Part shown: positions 35,148-45,192 of the stretch, one piece after another
Numbering within the stretch: position 1 is the stretch's first letter
Layout: each line of letters starts with the position of its first letter
Assembly: GCA_020435205.1 (NCBI GenBank)
Contig: JAGQZY010000001.1
Location: 58,229-122,228, forward strand
Direction of reading: 5' to 3'
Length of the DNA stretch: 64,000 nt
From: Bdellovibrionales bacterium
GTDB lineage: Bacteria; Bdellovibrionota; Bdellovibrionia; Bdellovibrionales; JAGQZY01
The notes under the pieces: model-generated
The model's database searches: none
What the model was told of the DNA's origin: nothing
The model's input: the letters and a program-made list of their open reading frames with translations, nothing else
Position numbers and translations under genes: made by a program

Positions 35148-36953
35148 TTATTTTTCTTTTTTGACTTTGCGTTTGTTGGGATCGAGTTCCCGACAGCGTA
35201 AGCGAATATTTTTTGGGGTGACCTCAATAAGTTCACTATCACGAATCCACTCTAGAGCGGCTTCCAAAGTGAGCTTCCGCGGTGGTGTCAACTTAATCCC
35301 TTCATCCGATCCCGATGCGCGAACGTTGGTTAGCTTCTTCTCTCGGCAAATATTGACATTGAGATCTACCGCTTTGTTGGCTTCCCCAATAATCATACCC
35401 ATGTAGACTTCTGTGCCGGGGCCGATGTGCATTTGGCCGCGATCTTCAAGGCCAAAAATAGCATAGGCTGTGGCAACACCTTTGCGATCAGAAATAATAG
35501 CTCCAGTGTGGCGTCCTTCAATTTCCCCGCGGTACTCATCATAACCGCCAAAGTAGGTGTTCAGAAGACCTGTACCGCGAGTGTCTGTGAGGAACTCTGA
35601 TCGATAACCAATAAGGCCGCGAGCGGGTATGCGGAACTCTGCGCGGGTGCGGCCAGAGCCCTTGTTATCAATGTTAATAAGAACACCTTTGCGCTCCCCC
35701 ATTTTTTGAGTGACGGCTCCTAGGTATTCTTGTTCGACATCGATCACAGCCATTTCCATGGGTTCTAAAGTTTTTCCATCTTCTTCTTTAAAAAGAACTT
35801 GAGGTTTGCTGACTAAAAGTTCAAAGCCCTCTCTGCGCATTTGTTCGAAAAGAACAGAGAGTTGCAGCTCTCCTCGGCCAAGGACTTTAAAAGTTTCAGC
35901 GGTATCGGTGGGCTCGACACGAATAGCGACATTGTAAAGAAGTTCGCGTTCTAGGCGCTCCTTGATTTTACGGCTAGTGACTTGTTTTCCCTCAAGCCCG
36001 GCAAAAGGACCGTCGTTTACAGAAACCATGACAGCCACGGTGGGCTCATCCACTTTAATTCTAGGGAGAGGCTTGGGATTGTCGACATTGGTCAGAGTGT
36101 CACCAATAAAAATTTCATCAAAACCAGCAACAATGGCAATGTCGCCAGCTTTGAGTTCGTCCACTTTCACTTTAGCACTGGCTTGGTAGGTAAATAGCGT
36201 GCTGACTTTAATACGTTTTTGATAATTTTCGTAGCAAACAAGGATTTCTTGGCCCAGTTTAATGCTGCCAGAGCGAATACGGCCAATAGCTAATCTGCCA
36301 ACATAATCGTCATAGTCGATGTTGGCTACGAGCATTTGTAGAGGGCCTTCTTCCTCCACTTGCGGAGGCGGGATCTTGTCAACAATCCAATCAAATAAAA
36401 CCTCAAGACTCTCTGTGGGTTTCTCAGGATCTGTCGTCGCCATACCATCGCGGCCAATGGCGTAGATAGTGTCAAAATCGGCTTGCTCTTCAGTGGCATC
36501 AAGGTCGATGAATAGGTCAAATATCTCGTTATGAACCTCATCGATGCGGGCATCTGCGCGGTCAATTTTGTTGATGCAAACAATGATCTTTATATTTTTT
36601 TCTAGGGCTTTTTGTAAAACAAATCGTGTTTGCGGTAGGGGGCCTTCACTGGCATCAACAAGAAGAATGGCGCCATCCACCATATCTAAAATGCGCTCAA
36701 CCTCACCACCAAAGTCACTGTGCCCGGGGGTGTCGACGATATTCACTTTGATGCCTTTATAAATAAAAGAGGCGTTCTTGGCAGCGATAGTAATCCCACG
36801 CTCTTTTTCTAGATCCATGCTATCCATGAACCGTTCGTCCACCTCAGAGTTCTCCCGAAAGGTTCCGCTTTGTTTTAAGAGGTGATCAACAAGGGTGGTT
36901 TTGCCGTGGTCAACGTGAGCAATAATCGCAATATTTCGAATGGGTGTGGACAT
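35148..36953 (-). CDS. typA: Translational GTPase TypA/BipA
   Basis: IRNIAIIAHVDHGKTTLVD, DTPGHSDFGGEV, NKIDR; 601 aa. Confidence 0.96.
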   Translation of the reverse strand: MSTPIRNIAIIAHVDHGKTTLVDHLLKQSGTFRENSEVDERFMDSMDLEKERGITIAAKNASFIYKGIKVNIVDTPGHSDFGGEVERILDMVDGAILLVDASEGPLPQTRFVLQKALEKNIKIIVCINKIDRADARIDEVHNEIFDLFIDLDATEEQADFDTIYAIGRDGMATTDPEKPTESLEVLFDWIVDKIPPPQVEEEGPLQMLVANIDYDDYVGRLAIGRIRSGSIKLGQEILVCYENYQKRIKVSTLFTYQASAKVKVDELKAGDIAIVAGFDEIFIGDTLTNVDNPKPLPRIKVDEPTVAVMVSVNDGPFAGLEGKQVTSRKIKERLERELLYNVAIRVEPTDTAETFKVLGRGELQLSVLFEQMRREGFELLVSKPQVLFKEEDGKTLEPMEMAVIDVEQEYLGAVTQKMGERKGVLINIDNKGSGRTRAEFRIPARGLIGYRSEFLTDTRGTGLLNTYFGGYDEYRGEIEGRHTGAIISDRKGVATAYAIFGLEDRGQMHIGPGTEVYMGMIIGEANKAVDLNVNICREKKLTNVRASGSDEGIKLTPPRKLTLEAALEWIRDSELIEVTPKNIRLRCRELDPNKRKVKKEK

Positions 36954-37035
36954 AAATTCCTCGGTTGTTTGGAAAAAGCTAAGGTACTGGATTTTAGAGC
37001 TTTTTGTCTACCTTTAGGGTGAGATTTTGATTCAA

Positions 37036-37434
37036 TTATTCAAGAAAGTGTTTTTTTTCCTCTTCACTGGGGATGCGGCAGCTATTTCGCTTGCCAAAAA
37101 GAGTGTAGCGGCTTCTCGCCACCCAATCATAGAAGAAATCGGTGATAAATTTGGGAAAGATGGAAAAGGGCAGCAGCAACAAAAGGGGACCCTTGAGGAT
37201 CTTGGCAATCTGAAAAATAGCGGCCGAGCGGTAATAGAGGCGGTGGGGAGTCCACAGCACCACGGAGTGCAGGCGGTCCCTGTCCTTAGGGGAGAGGAGC
37301 TGAGCAGCCCTTTCCCCTTGTAAAGAAGCAATGTAAAGTTTTTGTTGTCGATCTGAGCGAACCACATAGTCGACAAAACCATTACAAAGGTTACAAACGC
37401 CGTCGAAAAAAATTATGGGCTTTTCAGTATCCAT
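37036..37434 (-). CDS. Thiol-disulfide oxidoreductase DCC family (DUF393)
   Basis: MDTEKPIIFFDGVCNLCNGFVDYVVRSD. The start is placed at ATG 37434. The longer ORF-track start would overlap the divergent rlmI-like gene. Confidence 0.7.
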   Translation of the reverse strand: MDTEKPIIFFDGVCNLCNGFVDYVVRSDRQQKLYIASLQGERAAQLLSPKDRDRLHSVVLWTPHRLYYRSAAIFQIAKILKGPLLLLLPFSIFPKFITDFFYDWVARSRYTLFGKRNSCRIPSEEEKKHFLE

Positions 37435-37462
37435 GGTCCTCAATATAGGGTAATTTGCCCCC

Positions 37463-38620
37463 ATGTTAAAGGTTAAACTCTCAAGGGATTTGCGAAGAGA
37501 CATTCTTAGGGGGCATCCTTGGATTTATCGTCAGTCCATCGAGGGTTTTTCTAGCCCCAAGCAAGCCTCTTTAGTGCAAGTTCTTGATCGAAAAGGCCAG
37601 CCTCTAGCTTGGGGCTTTTATGACCCCCATAGCCCTTTGGCTTTGCGGATTCTTTCCTTAGAAAAGAAGCCCCCAAACTTCAAGTTTTTTGAACAGAAAT
37701 TTCTGGCAGCCTTGTATTTACGAAGTGCGGTCACTAATGACCAAACGAACAGTTTTCGCCTTTTCAATGGGGAGGGAGACTTTTTGCCCGGCTTGGTCTG
37801 CGATATTTATCACCAAGTCGCCGTATTGCAGTTTGATGGCCTGGGACCTTTTGAGTTTTGGGACCAGGGCCAAATCGTGGACTGGTTGTTGAAAAATACC
37901 CGTTGTAAAACGGTTGTCATTAAAAGCCAGTCTCGTGAAGACCGAGCTTTTGCGAGTTATGGTGAAGAGCTAACCCATGTCGAGGTCGAAATTTTAGAAA
38001 ATGGCCTGCGGTTTTTGGTTAATCTGGAAAAGGGACAAAAGACGGGATTCTTTTTAGACCAAAGAGAAAACAGACTTTATTTAAAATCCTTTTGTAAAAA
38101 GAAAAGAGTCTTAAACCTATTTAGTTATACGGGTGGGTTTTCCATGTATGCTGGGAGTGGTGGTGCGACTCATGTGGATAGCGTGGATCTTTCTTCGCCA
38201 GCGATAGAGTTTTGTGAGCGCAACTGGGTCCTCAATAGCTTACCTCCACAGATGCACGAAGGGCATGCCATGGATGTCTTTGAGTTTTTAGAAATGGCCA
38301 AAGACCAATGGGATGTGGTGATTGTTGATCCTCCCTCTATGGGATCCTCTGAAAAAAATAAGGACAAAGCCGTCAATGCCTATGTAGATGCTTTCCAAAA
38401 AGCGGCTCGCAAAGTAGGGCCAGGTGGGAGCCTTGTTCTTAGCAGTTGCTCCAGCCATATTAGTTTTTCTGATTTTTTTGAAATTATCGATCAGAGCCTA
38501 TCGAGTGCTCGTCGCAAAGGACAGATCTTGCGGGTCTCCGGGCAAGGTGCCGATCACCCCTTTCCCCATGCGTGCCACGAACTTCGCTACCTGAAGTTTG
38601 TGCACCTTGTGCTGGATTGA
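37463..38620 (+). CDS. Class I SAM-dependent rRNA methyltransferase, RlmI/RlmK-like (PUA plus MTase)
   Basis: LRRDILRGHPWIYRQSI N-terminus; GFFLDQRENR; VIVDPPS. Confidence 0.7.
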   Translation: MLKVKLSRDLRRDILRGHPWIYRQSIEGFSSPKQASLVQVLDRKGQPLAWGFYDPHSPLALRILSLEKKPPNFKFFEQKFLAALYLRSAVTNDQTNSFRLFNGEGDFLPGLVCDIYHQVAVLQFDGLGPFEFWDQGQIVDWLLKNTRCKTVVIKSQSREDRAFASYGEELTHVEVEILENGLRFLVNLEKGQKTGFFLDQRENRLYLKSFCKKKRVLNLFSYTGGFSMYAGSGGATHVDSVDLSSPAIEFCERNWVLNSLPPQMHEGHAMDVFEFLEMAKDQWDVVIVDPPSMGSSEKNKDKAVNAYVDAFQKAARKVGPGGSLVLSSCSSHISFSDFFEIIDQSLSSARRKGQILRVSGQGADHPFPHACHELRYLKFVHLVLD

Positions 38621-38622
38621 GA

Positions 38623-38997
38623 TTAATTCCCTTTATTTTTGTCTTCAGCGTCTAGCTGCTTTTTCACCTCTTCCATATCGAGGGCTTTGACCTTGTCGAC
38701 AAGCTCAACCAAAAGCTCTTCCGGGAGGGCGCCAGGCTGATAAAAAATTTCGTAGCCCTCGCGAATGACCAAGAGTGTGGGTATGGAGCGGACGGCAAAG
38801 TGTTGGGCAAGCTCAAGCTCCTGTTCGGTGTCAACTTTCCCAAAAACCACATCGGGATACTTATCGGAAACTTTTTCGTAAATGGGGGCGAAGCTCTGGC
38901 AGGGTCCGCACCAAGAGGCCCAAAAATCGATGATAAGAATATCATTCTTTTCGTAGGTGTCCTTGAAGTTATCCTTGGTGATCTCCATTGTTGCCAT
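38623..38997 (-). CDS. trxA: Thioredoxin
   Basis: ATG 38997 follows AGGAGA. Active site FWASWCGPCQ. Confidence 0.88.
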   Translation of the reverse strand: MATMEITKDNFKDTYEKNDILIIDFWASWCGPCQSFAPIYEKVSDKYPDVVFGKVDTEQELELAQHFAVRSIPTLLVIREGYEIFYQPGALPEELLVELVDKVKALDMEEVKKQLDAEDKNKGN

Positions 38998-39141
38998 AGT
39001 TTCTCCTCTGGGTCTTTGTGGGGGTAAATGCCCTAAACCCATTAAATGACTTAGAATTCCTAATGTCAAAAGCCATTGTCCTGCGCCAAGGCAATATCGT
39101 TCCCAGAGGCATAATTCTTTGATACAACCAAGAGGTGCCGT

Positions 39142-39687
39142 ATGGCTACCGGGGGGAATATGGTCAGAATCTTAATTTTCAATGCATGGCTATTCACAGT
39201 GAGTTTTGCTGGGGCGGAAGTGGTTTCGCAAAATAAGGATTGGATAGGCGAAAGAGACGTTATGACGATTCTAGGCGTGGAAGGTTGCGTGGCCCAAACG
39301 ACGATCCAAGAAAAAGATCCCTCAGGAGTTTTAACCAATACTTATCGCTTACAAGTGATCAAACTGAAATCCCCCCAGGGTGGTTATAGTAACCCCATCG
39401 TAGTCTCCTTCCCTGACAATGTGTTAAGTGAGGCCTACTTCGAGGGAACGGCGCAAACCAACAACAGCAAAGTGATTTCTCTGACTCTTTTGCAGCCCGA
39501 TAACAATTTGCCGGCGAAAGTGGTGGGAACTCGCTACAGTGATCGTATTGATCTCACTCGGCGTTTACGTCGTGACGATGAGGTCACTATTGGTTTTAAA
39601 GATCAGCAAGATATTGTTAAAAGCGTTCAGTACTCTTTGTCTGGCTCAGCAAAAACCATTCAAGAAACAGGCGAAGCTTGCCAATAG
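39142..39687 (+). CDS. Hypothetical secreted protein (181 aa)
   Basis: SD GAGGTG lies 4 nt before ATG 39142. Hydrophobic N-terminus VRILIFNAWLFTVSFAGA. No family recognised. Confidence 0.45.
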   Translation: MATGGNMVRILIFNAWLFTVSFAGAEVVSQNKDWIGERDVMTILGVEGCVAQTTIQEKDPSGVLTNTYRLQVIKLKSPQGGYSNPIVVSFPDNVLSEAYFEGTAQTNNSKVISLTLLQPDNNLPAKVVGTRYSDRIDLTRRLRRDDEVTIGFKDQQDIVKSVQYSLSGSAKTIQETGEACQ

Positions 39688-39690
39688 TTT

Positions 39691-40293
39691 ATGTTTGAGC
39701 AGAAGCCCTATGCGCCCTCTTGTGACAAAAATACAGACCCCATTTTAGAGGTATTAAAACTTTATTTGCCAGAGCAAAAAAGTTTACTGGAGTTCGGGGC
39801 GGGCACGGGCCAACATGCCATAGCCATGGCTCCCCACTTTCCCAATATAGTGTGGACGATTTCCGATCGAGAAGAAAACCACAAAGGCATTCAGTTGTGG
39901 CTGCAGGATTTTCCTCGAGTCAATCTGCGCGGCCCCCTTTCCTTTGATATTGATAGGGATACTTTTCCCGAGGGCCATTTTGACACAGTTTTTACCGCCA
40001 ACACCCTTCATATTTTGAGTTGGGAGCAAAATTTAAAGCTCTATTCTTTGCTGGGTGAGAGTTTGCCAAATGAGTCTCTTTTCCTAGTGTATGGAGCCTT
40101 CAATTATAATGGGAATTTTACCAGCGAATCCAACCAAAGGTTTGAGCAGTGGTTAAAGAATCGCGATCCTAAAAGTGGAATTCGTGATTTTGAAAGTGTG
40201 TCGTCTGAACTTTTTAAAGTTGGCTTTGATTTGATTCGGGATCACGAGATGCCCGCCAATAATCGTCTGTTGGTCTTCAAAAAATGTCGATGA
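39691..40293 (+). CDS. DUF938-family SAM-dependent methyltransferase-like protein
   Basis: KPYAPSCDKNTDPILEVLK...LEFGAGTGQH...FTANTLHI, as recalled for DUF938. Confidence 0.6.
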   Translation: MFEQKPYAPSCDKNTDPILEVLKLYLPEQKSLLEFGAGTGQHAIAMAPHFPNIVWTISDREENHKGIQLWLQDFPRVNLRGPLSFDIDRDTFPEGHFDTVFTANTLHILSWEQNLKLYSLLGESLPNESLFLVYGAFNYNGNFTSESNQRFEQWLKNRDPKSGIRDFESVSSELFKVGFDLIRDHEMPANNRLLVFKKCR

Positions 40294-40471
40294 AGTTTCA
40301 AGCTGAAACGTCAATTTTTTTTACGACCGTTGTCTAATGCCGATAAATTGTTACTCAACGACAATAGCGTAGATCTCCCATGGCATGAATCCTGCTAATC
40401 CAGTAGGGCAACAAGGGTGTGTTCCTTTGTCGTCATTATTCAAATCAATTCAAGCTTAGGAGGAAAGTGTA

Positions 40472-40894
40472 ATGAAATTGGCTCAGTTTATTTTTTTAGT
40501 TGGTGCTTTAGGTTTAACTGTTTCTTGTGCCCACAAAGAAAAGATGGCTTCACATGATAAACAAAAGACTCAAGTTGCAAAAGTGGAAGGTAAAAAGCAG
40601 GAGGCAAAAAAGGAAGCCCAAGATAAAACTGCCGATGCCTACACTTGTCTTGTCGCTGGTGACACGCGCACAGTTACCATTGATAAAAAAGAAAAGCGTT
40701 GCGAAGTTCACTATTTAAAAAATGGTGAGAGCGAGCAAGTGGCATGGGCGGAAAGCACGCCGAATATTTGTCAGGAGGCTTTTCAAAGTATTCGCACCAA
40801 TATTGAAGGTCGTGGTTTTAAATGCGAAGATGGACTCAATTCTTTGAAGAAAGAAGAGAAGAAACCAGTAGAAACCGCAGCGAATACAAAATAG
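40472..40894 (+). CDS. Lys-rich lipoprotein (140 aa), hypothetical
   Basis: SD AGGAGG. Lipobox LTVSC. Four further Cys residues. Confidence 0.55.
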   Translation: MKLAQFIFLVGALGLTVSCAHKEKMASHDKQKTQVAKVEGKKQEAKKEAQDKTADAYTCLVAGDTRTVTIDKKEKRCEVHYLKNGESEQVAWAESTPNICQEAFQSIRTNIEGRGFKCEDGLNSLKKEEKKPVETAANTK

Positions 40895-40915
40895 TCCATT
40901 GAATCACTGACTGTA

Positions 40916-40952
40916 TAAAAAGAGGACCCTGTTAAAGGCTCCTCTTTTTTTT
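40916..40952. terminator. Bidirectional intrinsic terminator between the convergent lipoprotein gene and the OPT transporter gene
   Basis: AGAGGAcCC-tgttaaa-GGcTCCTCT hairpin at 40921..40945, flanked by A5 and T7 runs. Confidence 0.7.
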
Positions 40953-40957
40953 ATCCT

Positions 40958-42835
40958 TTACATAGAGGTTTCTGCTATGAGCAAGGCAATTCCAACCAAT
41001 GAGCCTCCGGCAATAATGCCGGCCCCAATGGTTTCTTTATTTTCTGTGATTTTTTGATAAAGCCAAGATCTCTTGTCCTCGTGTTTTTTTGCCAAGAGCC
41101 AAAAAATTAGGGAGCCAACAAAAAACTCTAGACTGGTGTGAAAGGGGAGGACAAAGGCAATCCCAAAGGCTACCGGACTGATTGGAAAGCGGCCTTTGGT
41201 TTTCATGCCGGCATATTCAAAGACAATTCCCAAAAGGCCACCCACGGCCACAGCCATTTGTGAAGTGGGATGCAGGGAGCCTAAGCCGTTAGCTAAAACA
41301 TCGGCAACAGCCTTCCATACAGTAGCCCCAGGCATTGGAAACTTATCTGTAGAAAAAACAGAAATATCTCCACCAAACATGGTGTAGAAAACAGGCACAG
41401 CCACTAATCCACCACAAAAAATTCCAATAGCGTGGCCTATGGCTTGGTGGCGTGGTTTTCCACCTAGCATATAAGCCGGCTTAATATCCATGAGCAGGTT
41501 ACTCGCGCTGAGGCTCACCTCAGAGGTGATTCCTGCGCTAATAAGGTTAGTGCCCATGTTACCGGGAGCGAGGACACTATAAGTCACCTGAGTGATTTTT
41601 CCAAGAGCACCGCCAGGAGTAATAGCGGTCAAGCCTGTGGACTTTACGGCCATAATACTCAAGACAAAAACAAAGGGCACAGCAAAGGCCGCCAGCCAAT
41701 AATCAATATCAAACCAAGCATGGCCCATAAGCACAATCACCACTGATAGGAGGGGCACTCCTATATAAGAGACCATCTTTGGAAGTTCGATATGCTCAAG
41801 CACATCTTTTTGTTTCGCTTTCTTGTTTTTCTTAGTTTTAAAAAGTTCCAAAATACTAGAAATGGTGTTGCCAGACATCAAAAAGGAAAACAGAGATGCT
41901 GTCGTCATCATTGCGGCACCACCCCACAAGGCCCACATGGTGATATTTTTAAAACCAGTACCAACAATGACGCCCTGATTGATCATCATGGGTGCTAAAA
42001 TGAAGTAGCAAACGATGCCTCCCAAAAGCATAGATAAGGTGCTGCGAATGGACATCAGCATACCCGTACCCATCATGACAATGGATGAATCCATTTGAAT
42101 GGTTAGATCCTTCATGGGAATGCCGGCAATTTGGGGGGTAGCGAATTTATAAATTATGTCATCCCAGTGGGCGGGAAGAGCTAAAAACTTTATTCCCATT
42201 TTGGCAAGAATGGTTTCTGTACGTAAAAACTCGATGAAAGCGGCAGCAAGGGCACCCACACCAAGAAGCTTAGCTTTTAACACCCCTTCAGCACCGCCCG
42301 ACTCGTGCAGATTATCCAGAACCACGCCGGCGGCGTAACCCTCAGGGAAGGGGAGTTGCTCGTCATTGATGTATCTTTTTTTCAGCGGAAAGGCAAAAAG
42401 CGCACCCAACAAACCCAGCACAACCATCCACCAATAGGCATGCCACATGGGGATCACTTTTCCAGTGACCATCATATAGGCTGGCAAGGAGGCCATCAGA
42501 GGCGAGGTCATATAGCCAGCGCTGGTGGCGATGGATTGCATGGCATTGTTTTCAAGCACTGTCATTTCGTCACCAACTTTAAGACTTGATAAAACTTTGA
42601 AGGTGGCAAAAGACAAAATTACTGAAGTGATTCCCACCCCAAGGGTCCATCCGGTTTGAATGCCGATGTAAAGGTTGGTTAAACTGAGGACGGAGCCAAG
42701 TAAGGCACCGGTGATTGCCGAGCGTATGGTTAATTGGCGCATATCACCACGATAAACATTTTCTAACCACCAACGGTCTTTTTGCTCCAGGGTCCATTCG
42801 CGGATTTGTTCATCGGTGAGTTGCTTAATGGCCAT
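40958..42835 (-). CDS. OPT-family oligopeptide transporter
   Basis: 625-aa polytopic protein. The N-terminus QLTIRSAITGALLGSVLSLTNLYIGIQTGWT is typical of the OPT superfamily. Confidence 0.8.
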   Translation of the reverse strand: MAIKQLTDEQIREWTLEQKDRWWLENVYRGDMRQLTIRSAITGALLGSVLSLTNLYIGIQTGWTLGVGITSVILSFATFKVLSSLKVGDEMTVLENNAMQSIATSAGYMTSPLMASLPAYMMVTGKVIPMWHAYWWMVVLGLLGALFAFPLKKRYINDEQLPFPEGYAAGVVLDNLHESGGAEGVLKAKLLGVGALAAAFIEFLRTETILAKMGIKFLALPAHWDDIIYKFATPQIAGIPMKDLTIQMDSSIVMMGTGMLMSIRSTLSMLLGGIVCYFILAPMMINQGVIVGTGFKNITMWALWGGAAMMTTASLFSFLMSGNTISSILELFKTKKNKKAKQKDVLEHIELPKMVSYIGVPLLSVVIVLMGHAWFDIDYWLAAFAVPFVFVLSIMAVKSTGLTAITPGGALGKITQVTYSVLAPGNMGTNLISAGITSEVSLSASNLLMDIKPAYMLGGKPRHQAIGHAIGIFCGGLVAVPVFYTMFGGDISVFSTDKFPMPGATVWKAVADVLANGLGSLHPTSQMAVAVGGLLGIVFEYAGMKTKGRFPISPVAFGIAFVLPFHTSLEFFVGSLIFWLLAKKHEDKRSWLYQKITENKETIGAGIIAGGSLVGIALLIAETSM

Positions 42836-42944
42836 GGGGCCTCCTCATTTGGGTTTAACTTAGGAAAGGTCAGAATTTAGTCATATATTTGACTTGAATC
42901 AAGCCCTAGGGGGATAATGGCTAAGTCAAAAAATGGGGGCTCAA

Positions 42945-43601
42945 ATGGCTGAAAAGATTCAACTTTATTCTCTGGCAACGCCCAATGGGCAAAAGGTTTC
43001 CATTGCTCTTGAGGAGATGGAGATCCCCTACGATGCCCATCGGATCAATATTCTTGGTGGAGATCAGTTCAGTGAAGAGTTTAAAGCTATCAATCCCAAT
43101 AGCAAAATTCCGGCTATTGTGGACCCACAAGGGCCCGATGGGAAACCTTTAGCGATCATGGAGTCCGGTGCGATCTTGATTTATCTAGCAGAAAAAAGTA
43201 GGCGACTTCTTGCCGAGGATCCAAGATTGAAATCAGAAACTTTACAGTGGCTATTTTTTCAGGTTGGCGGAATCGGCCCCATGTTTGGTCAGTTTGGTCA
43301 CTTTTATAAATACGCTAAAGAAAAATGCGACCATCCTTATCCTTTGGATCGCTATAAAAAAGAAACCCAAAGACTTTTGAGTGTGCTTGATGAGCGCTTG
43401 TCGGAGCGAAGTTTTTTGGTGGGTGATCAGTATAGTATTGCTGACATTGCTATTTTTCCCTGGGTGGGATGTCTGCAGGAGCACTATCAGGCGAAAGATG
43501 TTTTAGGATTAGATAATTTTAAAAATGTAAAGGCTTGGTATGAAAATTGTACTCAGAGGCCTGGAGCTCAACGAGGCGCCAAGGTATGCCCGATAGAATA
43601 G
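42945..43601 (+). CDS. Glutathione S-transferase, Nu-class (YfcG-like)
   Basis: MAEKIQLYSLATPNGQKVSIALEEMEIPYDAHRINILGGDQFSEEFKAINPNSKIPAIVDP resembles the E. coli YfcG N-terminus. Confidence 0.8.
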   Translation: MAEKIQLYSLATPNGQKVSIALEEMEIPYDAHRINILGGDQFSEEFKAINPNSKIPAIVDPQGPDGKPLAIMESGAILIYLAEKSRRLLAEDPRLKSETLQWLFFQVGGIGPMFGQFGHFYKYAKEKCDHPYPLDRYKKETQRLLSVLDERLSERSFLVGDQYSIADIAIFPWVGCLQEHYQAKDVLGLDNFKNVKAWYENCTQRPGAQRGAKVCPIE

Positions 43602-43614
43602 CAGGAGCCCTCCA

Positions 43615-45192
43615 TTGTTTGATAGTTGGTTAAGGAGTCGAAAATTTTTATTTCTGCTCTTTATGGCGCTCATGTATTTTTTGTCTCATTGGATCCATTG
43701 GTCCGATTCCGAGATATGGCCTATATACTTAAGTCAGCACTTGTTCTCTAACCTTATTGATGACTCTCTCATTTACAAATTTACTTTTTACCTAAGCCTC
43801 AAACCACTCTATAGCCTTCCCCTTAGTAATATTGAAACCTTTATGGGGGCTCGTCTGATCTACGCCACAATAGGAATTTATATTGTCTACTTGCTCTATC
43901 AGTTAGCGAATAGAATTTATAAAGATCCTTCCAAGGCCTTTTTAACCGTCATTTTGTTTGTTACCTGTACTTTTTTTATGAGTCGTGGTTTTCGAGTGCG
44001 CGCAGACCTTTTGCTCTGTTTATTCCAACTTTTGCTCATTTTATTTTATTTCAATTTTAGGGAATCTAATAAACTTCTCTGGATCGTGGCTATATTATTG
44101 GTGTTGCCACTGATGCTCTTTAGCTCTCCAAAAGTAATATTCTTCCTCCCGGTCAGTTTGTTGTTTATAGGTGGCCACCTTTATCTTCGAGGTGAAAAAA
44201 AGTTAGAGCTCAAGATCATAGTTGGGGTGCTCTCCCTATCGGCCATTGTTACAGGGCTTTTATTTGTCTTCTTCTTTAAAGAGTTCTTATCGGCCTGGTC
44301 TTATTTTGTGACCTCTTATGGAGTGAGTGGACATGGGGGGGGATTCTTTAACATCAAGTCCTGGCACTATGTCCTTCGCCTTTTTAAGGAGAACCCTATT
44401 TTTATGGGGTTCATTTTAGCTTCGATCTACCTTTCAAAACGAAACCACAAAAGGAATCCTGAACTGATAGCATTAAGGTGGGCAGCCATGCTGTCCTTGA
44501 TCTTTATCTTTATACACAGTGATCGTTTGCCCTTTTTTATATTGGCACTCCTTCCCTTGCCCGTGATCTTGGCGGGAGGAGCTATTGTGGATTTGCTTAA
44601 AGAATGGCAACTTTCCAAGAGAGTGGTGTCGATGCTGATCATGGTTTTACTGGCAAAAGCCAGTGGTTATGCCGTGTATACTTTTTTAAGAAATTACAAC
44701 ACCGATCAAGTGCAAGCCATTCAGCAAATTGAGGGAAGCTTAAAAAGCATGATCCGCGAGCCCACCATTTATGATGGCTTGGGGTTCCTTCCCCGTTATC
44801 CGAAGCTTATACCCTATTATATCACCCGCGATGGTCAGCAGTCGGAATTAGATTTGTTAAAATTTTTAGAATCCAAACGACCAGAAATTGTCTTTTTTTC
44901 TAACCGAATGTTTATTCATTTTCGGCTGGTCATGGATTATCTCAATGAGAATTTTTACATTCCTATTGGCAACGGCATCTATATGAAAGGTCGTTACATG
45001 AGCGAGCTGAGTCCCGAGCAACGCCAGGGTTATAGCCTCTATGCAGGCAGTGATTTTATGGATTTAAAATGGATACCACCAGGGGAGGCTTTTCAGCCGA
45101 AGCCTCTTATGCTCATTGCACCTTTGCCTCCGATTCGCTTACCTGGCGACAAAAGTTTTGCGCGCATATTTGATTACGATAGTCGCTATTAG
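43615..45192 (+). CDS. Polytopic membrane protein (525 aa), possibly a GT-C/ArnT-PMT-like glycosyltransferase
   Basis: About 11 or more predicted TM helices followed by a ~170-aa soluble C-terminal domain, which is a GT-C-like topology. No catalytic motif was confidently identified. It contains a G8 tract at 44335..44342. Confidence 0.35.
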   Translation: MFDSWLRSRKFLFLLFMALMYFLSHWIHWSDSEIWPIYLSQHLFSNLIDDSLIYKFTFYLSLKPLYSLPLSNIETFMGARLIYATIGIYIVYLLYQLANRIYKDPSKAFLTVILFVTCTFFMSRGFRVRADLLLCLFQLLLILFYFNFRESNKLLWIVAILLVLPLMLFSSPKVIFFLPVSLLFIGGHLYLRGEKKLELKIIVGVLSLSAIVTGLLFVFFFKEFLSAWSYFVTSYGVSGHGGGFFNIKSWHYVLRLFKENPIFMGFILASIYLSKRNHKRNPELIALRWAAMLSLIFIFIHSDRLPFFILALLPLPVILAGGAIVDLLKEWQLSKRVVSMLIMVLLAKASGYAVYTFLRNYNTDQVQAIQQIEGSLKSMIREPTIYDGLGFLPRYPKLIPYYITRDGQQSELDLLKFLESKRPEIVFFSNRMFIHFRLVMDYLNENFYIPIGNGIYMKGRYMSELSPEQRQGYSLYAGSDFMDLKWIPPGEAFQPKPLMLIAPLPPIRLPGDKSFARIFDYDSRY

